Positions 22,152-31,759 of a stretch of 64,000 bases of DNA are shown piece by piece. Location of the stretch: assembly GCF_030013205.1 (NCBI RefSeq), contig NZ_CP122648.1; one strand, written 5' to 3'. The stretch is from Escherichia coli. Its GTDB lineage: Bacteria > Pseudomonadota > Gammaproteobacteria > Enterobacterales > Enterobacteriaceae. Each line of letters opens with the position of its first letter. Position 1 is the first letter of the stretch. The notes beneath the pieces were generated by a model, which saw only the letters and a program-made list of their open reading frames with translations, did not search any database and was not told where the DNA came from. Position numbers and translations under genes: made by a program.

Positions 22152-22950
22152 GACTCCTTGCTCATCGCATGAAGACTCCGAGAGTGAACCCCGTTAGAAA
22201 GGGTCACACGCATGCCCCAATACAAAATTATTTGCTCGCCTCTATCGTTGCCATTTCATCAAAAGAGGAAAAGACAATGATAAAAAAGTTACAAATATGT
22301 TAATGAATAAACCAAATTGATCCCGTAATTATATTACGCCGCAAAATCCTTACAATAAACAGGTTTTTATTGAGCAAATTTGCATTTTTCGACAGTGATC
22401 AATTTATAGCGAAATTGTCACGATCTCACCAATTTGATCTACGACAATTTATCGTGTTTTGCAGATTTTTTTCAAGAATTAAAAATTGATTTATATCAAA
22501 ACCAACCAAATATGTTAATTATGTATAAACCATAGATCATTGGTGATTTTATTGTTAATTTATTGTGAAATATTTATGCAACACAATTATTACAATGAAA
22601 AGGTATAGATAAAAAACCAGTGTTTTATTTAACAGAACCGCCTTATCCACTTTTTATAATACCAATTGATTAGATTAGCCAATTTGTTGCTATTTTACAT
22701 AACATATTTTTATCAAAGTTAATTGATTGTTGCGTTTATGAGCACCGGCCGTAAGCCCGTTATGTTATTGTTTCATTAGTAATAATCACTTAAATGTATC
22801 GATGAAACAGGTATGACTTAGCGGGAGTGATTGTTTCTGAGTGAACAGAGACCACTTTCGCCTGATAAATGAAAAATGAGCGATTTTTGCAAGTTAGTTT
22901 TTCTATAGCCGAGTACGCTCAGCGCCTCGCTTGATTACAATGAGGTTGCT
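22152..22950 (-). promoter_or_regulatory. Long AT-rich cydAB regulatory region
   Basis: About 800 bp AT-rich non-coding DNA upstream of cydA (a 60-bp sample at 22501-22560 has 14/60 G+C); contains FNR-like palindromes. Confidence 0.7.
22486..22499. promoter_or_regulatory. FNR-type binding site (perfect TTGAT-N4-ATCAA)
   Basis: ttgatttatatcaa matches the FNR consensus exactly; a second imperfect site ttgatctacgacaa at 22434-22447 lies 52 bp away. Confidence 0.5.
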
Positions 22951-22953
22951 GCT

Positions 22954-23898
22954 ATGAGTCCTGATAATATCAGTTCTGCTGTCAATCGCTTCTCAGGTTG
23001 GCCATCTAATGATCCTCTAAAAACAGATAAAGAATCAATGACATCACCCATGACTGTGCAGGTAATAAAGATGATTGCCGCCATCCTTGACCCACATCGG
23101 ATAGTCGTTGGAATCGATACACTTTATACAACGCAGCGCGAAACATTTACCTCAGAGAGTCAACAGCTCATTGAATCAGCATTGCAAACACTTCATGTGA
23201 TGAATTTAAATAACCTGGAAACAAATCTCGATGAGGAAGGTCACTATCTGGCTTTTGGATATAACGTTGACACTCCTGACAGAATAACCGTTTCTGCTTA
23301 TAATGAAAAAAAGCCTGGCTGCTATGGCCAATGTCTTTTAATACAGGATGACGAAACAGACTTATTTAACCTGATAAAAGTTAAAATTTTTGAAGCCAGA
23401 CATAATTATGTCGCTCAATTGATGAGCGATCCGGAATTTATGTTCAAATTTAGTTATAGCGCTCAACAAAATAGATTAGAACCTCATCTTCTGGTTCCCA
23501 CTTATTTCCCTCTAAAAACAAACGAACCGGTTACGCAAGAGGATGTACTGTTACTTTATCGTTTCTTTAAAATGGATGGTGATTTTAATATATTAACATC
23601 AGATGAATACATGAGCATCATGACACCTCTGATGAAGTGTGAGCGCAGCATCCACGACCACAACAGGTATGTGACGGGCAAAGATACCCTTCTTCTGGAC
23701 TATCCTCCTTCTGGTAACCAGATATATTTCCATATTTTTCCTGACGAATCAGCAACACTAGTCCTTTATTTTTCAAACAATGACATTGAATGTTTCGTCT
23801 TTGAAAGAGATATTCCGAGCCAGTATCGCTTTTTCAAAATGTTTACCAATCTGGCACTGGTTATTGATCAGTTAACCGATGCCAATCAAATACTTTAA
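22954..23898 (+). CDS. Hypothetical protein (314 aa), low-GC orphan, no recognisable family
   Basis: Uninterrupted ORF with GAGG RBS 8 nt upstream of the ATG; AT-rich codon usage (spot counts 25/60 and 18/60 G+C) unlike neighbouring core genes. Confidence 0.6.
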   Translation: MSPDNISSAVNRFSGWPSNDPLKTDKESMTSPMTVQVIKMIAAILDPHRIVVGIDTLYTTQRETFTSESQQLIESALQTLHVMNLNNLETNLDEEGHYLAFGYNVDTPDRITVSAYNEKKPGCYGQCLLIQDDETDLFNLIKVKIFEARHNYVAQLMSDPEFMFKFSYSAQQNRLEPHLLVPTYFPLKTNEPVTQEDVLLLYRFFKMDGDFNILTSDEYMSIMTPLMKCERSIHDHNRYVTGKDTLLLDYPPSGNQIYFHIFPDESATLVLYFSNNDIECFVFERDIPSQYRFFKMFTNLALVIDQLTDANQIL

Positions 23899-23978
23899 TT
23901 TTTATATATTCCCTGTGGCAAATATTGCTAAACAATGCCCGGGGATTAATTTTTATTACTCACGGAAAGATTTAAATA

Positions 23979-24401
23979 ATGATCCCATCTCAAATCTCTT
24001 TCAACACCCTTCCTGTCAATGCAACATACGCTTCAGAGACAACAGTTGACACACAAAAATTCTCTGACATCCTCTACTCAGCGGGGTGTTCCCTAAAGGA
24101 TCTGGCTTATCTGAGCAGATGTCTGGCATCAATACATCCGACTATCGCCAAAAACATTTATGAAACAGAAAATCTCAGCGATCAAAAATTACTACATATT
24201 GATTGCCGTAGTACAAATGAAATCAAGATAAATATCTTTTTTGGTCAACAACGAGAAGGATTAATTGAAATTAGTTCTGACACAGTCATTTTTTCGATAC
24301 TGTCTTCATTGATTGACTCCACCATTTCTAAATTTCAACACCAAAACCCCGTTAACGGTTCTGTAAATCCTGACCTATTGTATGAGGATTATACTGATTA
24401 A
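23979..24401 (+). CDS. Hypothetical protein (140 aa), low-GC orphan, no recognisable family
   Basis: ORF 80 bp downstream of the 314-aa ORF on the same strand, similar composition; polar Ser/Thr/Ile/Asn/Pro-rich N-terminus. Confidence 0.5.
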   Translation: MIPSQISFNTLPVNATYASETTVDTQKFSDILYSAGCSLKDLAYLSRCLASIHPTIAKNIYETENLSDQKLLHIDCRSTNEIKINIFFGQQREGLIEISSDTVIFSILSSLIDSTISKFQHQNPVNGSVNPDLLYEDYTD

Positions 24402-24948
24402 ATCCCTCCTGTCGCGAAAAATGGCCTGCGTTATTGCCAGACGTAATAAAACTTTTGATTAACGTTTCTCGTACTGGTAGCACCTTCATGTACTTTTCTT
24501 TTTTACGAAAAATCAAAAGAGCTAACAAAGGTCATAATTCGCATGAATCATTAATTATTTGTTATTTTCAACATTATTTTTACATTAAGCAGAGATGAAT
24601 TGCTGTGAAATTCGACTTAACTTTTATGAAATGCATTTACTCATGGCTAAAGCCACGTCACAAAAATGCAAATTAGAAGTTGATCACAATTATCTCAATA
24701 CATCAAATCAAGTTAATTTTAAAAATTTAACATTCATGACATCAGTTGACATAACACACTGAATTAAAATGAGAATTTGAAAACACACTTTAAACAATCA
24801 TTTCCCGAAAGACATTTTGAAAATAGATCAATTGCAACATTACGGTCAGATAAAGACACTCCTGTGATATTAAACCTGTGCCGTTATGAACGGCCATAAA
24901 TACGACGTGTGTAACTTATTTTACTCTCTGTCTTACAAAGGATTACCC
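24402..24948 (+). promoter_or_regulatory. AT-rich leader / probable promoter region of the glutamate mutase operon
   Basis: 547 bp of AT-rich non-coding DNA directly upstream of the first operon gene; no ORF of 60 aa or more. Confidence 0.4.
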
Positions 24949-25398
24949 ATGAAGAAAGCAACACTTGTGATTGGCGTTATTGGCGCGGACTGCCATGCAG
25001 TAGGCAATAAAGTTCTGGACCGCGTTTTTAGCAACCATGGCTTCAGAGTCATTAATCTGGGCGTAATGGTCAGCCAGGACGAATATATTGATGCGGCCAT
25101 TGAAACTGGCGCTGACGCGATTGTCGTCTCCTCTATCTATGGGCATGGCGATATCGATTGTCTGGGCATGCGCGAACGCTGCATTGAGCGTGGGCTGGGT
25201 AACATCCTGCTCTATGTGGGCGGTAACCTGGTGGTCGGAAAACATGACTTCGCTGACGTGGAAACCAAGTTCAAAGAGATGGGATTTGATCGCGTCTTTT
25301 CCCCAAGTCATGACTTAGAAGATGTTTGTCAGCTGATGGCCCACGATATCAACCAACGTCATGACGTTGATACTCGCATTCTTGAAGAGGCAATCTGA
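24949..25398 (+). CDS. Glutamate mutase sigma (S) subunit, B12-binding (methylaspartate mutase small subunit)
   Basis: Start chosen at [21 protein letters not shown] (AAGGA RBS upstream); DxHxxG cobalamin-binding motif; aligns by eye with recalled Clostridium GlmS/MutS. Confidence 0.85.
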   Translation: MKKATLVIGVIGADCHAVGNKVLDRVFSNHGFRVINLGVMVSQDEYIDAAIETGADAIVVSSIYGHGDIDCLGMRERCIERGLGNILLYVGGNLVVGKHDFADVETKFKEMGFDRVFSPSHDLEDVCQLMAHDINQRHDVDTRILEEAI

Positions 25399-26786
25399 TG
25401 CAAATCGTCTCTGTCGATATTGGTTCGACGTGGACCAAAGCAGCCCTCTTCACCCGGGAGGGGGACGCGTTAACGTTGGTTAACCACGTTCTGACCCCAA
25501 CCACCACCCATCATCTGGCGAAGGGGTTTTTCTCCAGCCTGGACCAGGTGTTAAACGTAGATGATGCCCTCCCCCTGTTAAACAGTGGTGAGGTTGCATT
25601 GAAGTATTCCTCCTCTGCCAAAGGTGGGCTGGCGGTTGCCGCAATGGGATTGGTGCCTTCTATCACCCTGGAAACCGCGAAAGTAACCGCTCACTCTGCG
25701 GGTGCTAAAATTGCGCAATATTACGCCTACAAGCTGAACCGCCGTGATATCCAGGCACTGGAAGAAACGCAGCCCGATATTCTCTTGTTCACCGGCGGCA
25801 CCGATGGCGGAGAAGAAAGCTACGGACTGAATAACGCCCGTGTGTTGGCAGAATCCAAACTCGACTGCGCCATTATTTATGCCGGAAACCGGGATATTCA
25901 GGACGAGGTGCAGGAGGTCCTCGGGCATAAAGACCTGACCATCGTCGACAACGTTCTGCCCGATCTTGACCATCCGAACCCTTTAGCCGCACGCCAGGCT
26001 ATTTGCGACATATTCCTTAAACGCATCGTTAAAGGGAAAGGGCTGGATGTCATTGTTGATAAAACAGGCGAAGAACCAATGCCGACACCATGGACGGTCT
26101 TTGAACTGGTTAAGGCAATCAGTAACGTCGATCACAGCTGGAAAGAGTTCATGCTGATCGACATGGGCGGCGCAACCACCGATGTTTATTCCGCCTGTGC
26201 CAACACGCTCTCGCCCGACACCGTTCTACACGGCGTACCGGAACCCTTCGTGAAACGGACGGTGGAAGGCGATCTGGGAATGCGCGTCTCGGCAATGGTG
26301 GTTGGTGAAAGTGCGAAAGAGTTAGTCAATGTGAATTTTGCTCAGCAACCCGCACAGCTGGACGCTTTTTATCATTACCTCCGCCATCTAGTCGCTCATC
26401 CCGACTACTTACCCGCGAATGCAGAAGAAAAATATTTCGATACCGTCCTGGCCGGAGTGTGTGTGGGTTATGCCACCGAAAGACATGCGGGCACCAAAAA
26501 AGAGGTCTGCACCTGCGTCGGCAATGTCGATTTACAGATGGGACGTGATCTGACAACCGTGCGTAAAGTCGTGGGTTCCGGCGGATGGCTCTCGCGTGCC
26601 AGTCAGTTCGATATGCATCACTGGTTGAAATACCGCGAGTTAAACGACGACGGTAAACGCATTCTCTTACCGACCGAATTTGAATATTACCGCGATTCCC
26701 GGGGGCTATTACCACTGCTGGCAAACGTCGCCAGAGTCGATCCGCTGGCCGCCGCGCGCACCAGTATTCAATGCTTAACCCTATAA
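25398..26786 (+). CDS. Glutamate mutase-associated protein GlmL/MutL-like
   Basis: 462-aa ORF lying between the S and E subunit genes, the same order as in the clostridial operon; start overlaps the upstream stop. Confidence 0.7.
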   Translation: MQIVSVDIGSTWTKAALFTREGDALTLVNHVLTPTTTHHLAKGFFSSLDQVLNVDDALPLLNSGEVALKYSSSAKGGLAVAAMGLVPSITLETAKVTAHSAGAKIAQYYAYKLNRRDIQALEETQPDILLFTGGTDGGEESYGLNNARVLAESKLDCAIIYAGNRDIQDEVQEVLGHKDLTIVDNVLPDLDHPNPLAARQAICDIFLKRIVKGKGLDVIVDKTGEEPMPTPWTVFELVKAISNVDHSWKEFMLIDMGGATTDVYSACANTLSPDTVLHGVPEPFVKRTVEGDLGMRVSAMVVGESAKELVNVNFAQQPAQLDAFYHYLRHLVAHPDYLPANAEEKYFDTVLAGVCVGYATERHAGTKKEVCTCVGNVDLQMGRDLTTVRKVVGSGGWLSRASQFDMHHWLKYRELNDDGKRILLPTEFEYYRDSRGLLPLLANVARVDPLAAARTSIQCLTL

Positions 26787-26804
26787 CAATTAAGGCTGCA
26801 ATCA

Positions 26805-28250
26805 ATGGAACTTCGAAATAAGAAATTAACCCATGACGAATTCATGACCGAGCGGCAACAGGTACTGAAAACCTGGGAAACCGGCAAGGATGTTGAAAAC
26901 TTTGAAGATGGCGTTAAATACCAACAAACCATCCCTGAGCATAAACGCTTCTCTCTTGCGCTGCTGAAAGCAGACAAGGAAGGTAAAACCCTTAGCCAAC
27001 CGCGCGCAGGTGTGGCGCTGATGGACGAACACATCGAACTACTGAAAACACTACAAGAAGAGTGCGATCTGCTGCCGAGCACTATCGATGCATATACCCG
27101 TCTGAATCGGTACGAAGAAGCGGCTGTAGGGATTAAAAAATCCATCGAAGCCGGAACCTCTAAACTGAACGGTTTGCCGGTAGTTAACCATGGCGTCGCA
27201 GCTTGCCGTCGCCTCACCGAAGCCCTGCAAAAACCGCTACAGATCCGCCACGGCACGCCAGATGCGCGTCTGCTGGCTGAAATCTCGATGTCCAGCGGCT
27301 TTACCAGTTACGAAGGCGGCGGCATTTCCTACAACATTCCGTATGCCAAACGCGTAACGCTGGAAAAATCGATCCGCGACTGGCAGTACTGCGACCGTTT
27401 AATGGGGATGTATGAAGAACACGGGATCCGCATCAACCGCGAACCGTTTGGCCCACTAACGGGTACGCTGATCCCGCCGTTTATCTCGCACTCTATCGCG
27501 ATCATCGAAGGCTTGCTGGCGCTGGAACAGGGTGTGAAATCTATCACCGTTGGTTATGGACAGGTCGGCAGCCTGACGCAGGATGTTGCGGCGATCCAGT
27601 CTCTGCGTGAACTTGCACACGAATATTTTCAGAGCTATGGCTATACCGACTATGAATTAAGTACCGTGTTTCACCAGTGGATGGGCGGCTTTCCGGAAGA
27701 CGAATCGAAAGCGTTCGCTATTATCTCCTGGGGCGCAGCCGTCGCGGGGATGTCTGGTGCCACCAAAGTCATCACCAAAAGTCCGCACGAAGCCTGGGGT
27801 ATCCCGACTGCCGCTGCCAACATTCAGGGGCTGAAAGCCTCCCGCCAGATGCTCAACATGGTCAACGAGCAGAAATTCCCGCCGTGCCCTGCGGTTGAAC
27901 TGGAAATTGAACTGATTAAGAGCGAGGTTCGCGCAGTACTGAATAAAGTGTTCGAACTGGGTAATGGTGATATTGCGCGCGGTACGGTGCTGGCATTTGA
28001 AGCGGGCGTACTGGATGTGCCGTTTGCACCAGCCGCGTGTAACGCGGGCAAAATTCTTCCGGTCCGTGACAACACCGGCGCGATACGCGTACTGGAAGCC
28101 GGAGCCGTTCCATTGCCAAAAGATATTCTCGACCTCCACCACGATTACGTTGCTGAACGCGCACGCTTTGAAGGACGCCAACCGACATTCCAGATGGTTG
28201 TAGATGACATCAATGCTGTATCCCACAGTAAATTAATAGGAAGACCATAA
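26805..28250 (+). CDS. Glutamate mutase epsilon (E) subunit (methylaspartate mutase large subunit)
   Basis: 481-aa ORF, size and position consistent with GlmE/MutE; TIM-barrel-type sequence. Confidence 0.8.
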   Translation: MELRNKKLTHDEFMTERQQVLKTWETGKDVENFEDGVKYQQTIPEHKRFSLALLKADKEGKTLSQPRAGVALMDEHIELLKTLQEECDLLPSTIDAYTRLNRYEEAAVGIKKSIEAGTSKLNGLPVVNHGVAACRRLTEALQKPLQIRHGTPDARLLAEISMSSGFTSYEGGGISYNIPYAKRVTLEKSIRDWQYCDRLMGMYEEHGIRINREPFGPLTGTLIPPFISHSIAIIEGLLALEQGVKSITVGYGQVGSLTQDVAAIQSLRELAHEYFQSYGYTDYELSTVFHQWMGGFPEDESKAFAIISWGAAVAGMSGATKVITKSPHEAWGIPTAAANIQGLKASRQMLNMVNEQKFPPCPAVELEIELIKSEVRAVLNKVFELGNGDIARGTVLAFEAGVLDVPFAPAACNAGKILPVRDNTGAIRVLEAGAVPLPKDILDLHHDYVAERARFEGRQPTFQMVVDDINAVSHSKLIGRP

Positions 28251-29491
28251 TGAAAATAAAACAGGCCCTGTTCACCGCTGGCTACTCCTCATTCTATTTC
28301 GATGACCAGCAGGCGATAAAAAACGGAGCGGGTCATGACGGCTTTTTTTATACCGGGGAGCCAGTAACACAGGGGTTTAACGCCGTACGTCAGGCCGGGG
28401 AGTGCGTATCGGTACAGTTGATTCTGGAAAACGGCGCGGTCGCCGTAGGTGACTGTGCTGCCGTACAGTATTCCGGGGCAGGTGGTCGCGATCCACTGTT
28501 CCTCGCGGAGCACTTTATTCCGTTCCTCAACGACCATATCAAGCCATTACTGGTAGGCCGCGATGTGGATACTTTCCTGCCGAATGCCCGTTTCTTCGAC
28601 AAATTGCGTATTGACGGCAACTTGCTGCATACCGCCGTGCGCTACGGATTATCACAGGCGCTGCTTGATGCTACCGCGCTGGCAACCGGCCGTCTGAAAA
28701 CTGAAGTGGTCTGTGATGAATGGCAGTTGCCACGCGTGGCGGAATCCATTCCATTATTTGGTCAGAGCGGCGACGATCGATATATCGCCGTCGATAAGAT
28801 GATCCTTAAGGGCATCGACGTGCTGCCCCATGCACTGATTAATAACGTCGAAGAGAAACTGGGCTTTAAAGGTGAAAAACTGCGCGAATATGTCCGCTGG
28901 CTGTCGGATCGTATTCTGAGCAAGCGCACCAGCGCACGCTACCACCCTACCCTGCACATCGATGTATACGGCACTATCGGTCTGATCTTCGATATGGATC
29001 CGCTTCGCTGTGCGCAATACATCGCCAGCCTGGAAAAAGAAGCGCAAGGCCTGCCGCTCTACATTGAAGGTCCGGTCGATGCCGGTAACAAGCCCGATCA
29101 AATTCGCCTGCTGACCGCGATTACCAAAGAGCTGACGCGCCTCGGTTCCGGCGTGAAACTAGTGGCCGATGAATGGTGTAACACCTACCAGGATATTGTT
29201 GATTTCACCGATGCCGCCAGTTGCCACATGGTGCAAATCAAAACCCCGGATCTGGGCAGTATTCACAACATCGTCAATGCAGTTCTTTATTGCAACAGCC
29301 ACAGCATGGAAGCGTACCAGGGCGGCACCTGCAATGAAACTGATGTCAGTGCCCGCACCTGTGTCCACGTCGCCCTTGCCGCTCGCCCCATGCGTATGCT
29401 GGTAAAACCAGGGATGGGCTTTGACGAAGGCCTCGATATCGTCTTCAACGAAATGAATCGTACTATCGCGCTGTTGCAGGCTAAGGATTAA
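28250..29491 (+). CDS. 3-Methylaspartate ammonia-lyase
   Basis: 413-aa ORF (enolase superfamily size), immediately downstream of and overlapping the E subunit gene (TAATG). Confidence 0.8.
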   Translation: MKIKQALFTAGYSSFYFDDQQAIKNGAGHDGFFYTGEPVTQGFNAVRQAGECVSVQLILENGAVAVGDCAAVQYSGAGGRDPLFLAEHFIPFLNDHIKPLLVGRDVDTFLPNARFFDKLRIDGNLLHTAVRYGLSQALLDATALATGRLKTEVVCDEWQLPRVAESIPLFGQSGDDRYIAVDKMILKGIDVLPHALINNVEEKLGFKGEKLREYVRWLSDRILSKRTSARYHPTLHIDVYGTIGLIFDMDPLRCAQYIASLEKEAQGLPLYIEGPVDAGNKPDQIRLLTAITKELTRLGSGVKLVADEWCNTYQDIVDFTDAASCHMVQIKTPDLGSIHNIVNAVLYCNSHSMEAYQGGTCNETDVSARTCVHVALAARPMRMLVKPGMGFDEGLDIVFNEMNRTIALLQAKD

Positions 29492-29494
29492 CAA

Positions 29495-30865
29495 ATGGCT
29501 CGTTCTTTTAAAGTCTTATCGCCTACGGCAATCCTCGGGTATGGATTCCCGGAGGAGAGCTTCCGCAAAGCGATGGCAGAATCGCCCGATCTGATCGCCG
29601 TTGATGCTGGCTCTTCCGATCCTGGCCCCCACTACCTCGGGGCGGGCAAACCGTTTACCGATCGCGCAGGGGTCAAGCGCGATCTGCGCTATATGATCAC
29701 CGCAGGCGTGCAAAATAATATACCGGTGGTGATCGGAACGGCCGGCGGTTCTGGTGCCGCTCCACACCTGGAGTGGTGCCGAGAAATAATTCATGAGATT
29801 GCCCGGGAAGAGCACCTCTCGTTCTCGATGGCGCTGATCCCGGCAGACGTTGACAAAGCCATCGTCCACCAGGCGCTGGATAACGGCAAAATCACGGCGC
29901 TGGATTTTGTCCCGCCGTTAACCCACGACGCGATTGACGAAAGTACGTATATCGTCGCGCAAATGGGCATCGAACCCTTCCAGCAGGCGCTGAAAGAAGG
30001 CGCGCAAGTGGTGCTGGGCGGGCGCGCTTACGACCCGGCCTGCTTTGCTGCGCTACCGATCATGCAAGGCTTTGATGAAGGTCTGGCGCTGCATTGTGGG
30101 AAAATCCTTGAATGCGCGGCAATCGCCGCAACGCCCGGCTCAGGCTCTGACTGTGCGATGGGCATCATTGATGACAACGGCTTTACGCTGAAGACATTTA
30201 ATCCGAAGCGTAAATTTACCGAAACGTCAGCAGCTGCACACACACTGTATGAGAAATCCGATCCCTACTTCCTGCCAGGACCTGGCGGCGTGTTGAACCT
30301 GAAAAGCTGCACATTTAAAGCGGTCAATGACGGCGAAGTGTACGTCAGCGGTTCTAAGCATGAAGAAACGCCGTATTCCCTGAAACTGGAAGGTGCGCGA
30401 CGGGTGGGCTTCCGCTGTCTGACCATCGCCGGAACGCGCGACCCGATCATGATCGCCGGGATCGATAAAATCATCGATGAAGTCAAAACCAGCGTTTCGC
30501 GTAACCTGTCGCTCGACGATGACAGCATTCACATCAATTTCCACCTGTACGGCAAAAACGGGGTGATGGGCGACCATGAACCGATGCAAACTGCCGGGCA
30601 TGAGCTGGGGATTGTCCTTGATGTAGTTGCACCGACCCAGGAAATTGCCAACAGCGTTTGCTCGCTGGTGCGCTCTACCATGCTGCACTACGGCTATGAA
30701 AACCGCATCGCTACCGCAGGTAATCTGGCGTTCCCGTTCTCCCCTTCTGATATTCAGGGCGGGCCGGTATACGAATTTTCCATATATCACCTGATTGAAG
30801 CCAACGACGCTCTGCGTTTTGATTTCCATATTGAACAGGTGACGCCAGAAGGAGTTCAGGCATGA
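29495..30865 (+). CDS. DUF1446 (AtuA-like) family protein, function unknown
   Basis: 456-aa ORF 3 nt after the lyase stop; family assignment from memory of this size class and its usual pairing with a small DUF4387 partner. Confidence 0.55.
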   Translation: MARSFKVLSPTAILGYGFPEESFRKAMAESPDLIAVDAGSSDPGPHYLGAGKPFTDRAGVKRDLRYMITAGVQNNIPVVIGTAGGSGAAPHLEWCREIIHEIAREEHLSFSMALIPADVDKAIVHQALDNGKITALDFVPPLTHDAIDESTYIVAQMGIEPFQQALKEGAQVVLGGRAYDPACFAALPIMQGFDEGLALHCGKILECAAIAATPGSGSDCAMGIIDDNGFTLKTFNPKRKFTETSAAAHTLYEKSDPYFLPGPGGVLNLKSCTFKAVNDGEVYVSGSKHEETPYSLKLEGARRVGFRCLTIAGTRDPIMIAGIDKIIDEVKTSVSRNLSLDDDSIHINFHLYGKNGVMGDHEPMQTAGHELGIVLDVVAPTQEIANSVCSLVRSTMLHYGYENRIATAGNLAFPFSPSDIQGGPVYEFSIYHLIEANDALRFDFHIEQVTPEGVQA

Positions 30866-31061
30866 AACAGTCAATTGTCTCACTGGCGCAAGTCATTCGT
30901 TCGAAAAATGCCGGACCTTACGAACTGGTTTTAGATATTTTATTTAAAACCAAAGAAAACTATGAGCGAGTCAAATCATCAGGGCAATTAACCCCAGAAC
31001 TGATTGGGTGATGCTGCCAACTTACTGATTTAGTGTATGATGGTGTTTTTGAGGTGCTCCA

Positions 31062-31337
31062 GTGGCTTCTGTTTCTATCAGCTGTCCCTCCTGTTCAGCT
31101 ACTGACGGGGTGGTGCGTAACGGCAAAAGCACCGCCGGACATCAGCGCTATCTCTGCTCTCACTGCCGTAAAACATGGCAACTACAGTTCACTTACGCCG
31201 CCTCTCAGCCCGGTACGCACCAGAAAATCATTGATATGGCCATGAATGGCGTCGGATGTCGCGCCAGTGCACGCATTATTGGCGTTGGCCTCAACACGAT
31301 TTTCCGCCACTTAAAAAACTCAGGCCGCAGTCGGTAA
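31062..31337 (+). CDS. insA: IS1 protein InsA
   Basis: 91-aa ORF with zinc-finger Cys residues (CPSCSA...CSHC). Confidence 0.9.
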   Translation: MASVSISCPSCSATDGVVRNGKSTAGHQRYLCSHCRKTWQLQFTYAASQPGTHQKIIDMAMNGVGCRASARIIGVGLNTIFRHLKNSGRSR

Positions 31338-31759
31338 CCTCGCGCATACAACCGGGCAGTGATGTGATTGTCTGCGCTGAAATGGACGAACAGTGGGGCT
31401 ACGTCGGTGCTAAATCACGTCAGCGCTGGCTGTTTTACGCGTATGACAGGATGCGGAGGACGGTTGTGGCGCACGTCTTCGGTGAACGCACTCTGGCCAC
31501 ACTGGAGCGTCTTCTGAGCCTGCTGTCGGCCTTTGAGGTCGTGGTATGGATGACGGATGGCTGGCCGCTGTATGAATCACGCCTGAAGGGAAAGCTGCAC
31601 GTTATCAGCAAGCGTTATACTCAGCGCATTGAGCGGCATAACCTGAATCTGAGACAACATCTGGCAAGGCTGGGACGGAAGTCACTGTCGTTCTCAAAAT
31701 CGGTGGAGCTGCATGACAAGGTCATCGGGCATTATCTGAACATAAAACACTATCAGTAA
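31256..31759 (+). CDS. insB: IS1 InsB frame (expressed as InsAB' transposase by -1 frameshift)
   Basis: 167-aa ORF in the -1 frame relative to insA; slippery A-run (ttaaaaaactc) at about 31311-31321. Confidence 0.9.
   Translation: MSRQCTHYWRWPQHDFPPLKKLRPQSVTSRIQPGSDVIVCAEMDEQWGYVGAKSRQRWLFYAYDRMRRTVVAHVFGERTLATLERLLSLLSAFEVVVWMTDGWPLYESRLKGKLHVISKRYTQRIERHNLNLRQHLARLGRKSLSFSKSVELHDKVIGHYLNIKHYQ

Noticed and set aside
22152-22950. AT-rich 800-bp block as a possible prophage attachment site or degraded mobile element
   Set aside because: No inverted or direct repeats or integrase remnants seen; length and position fit the known long cydAB regulatory region.
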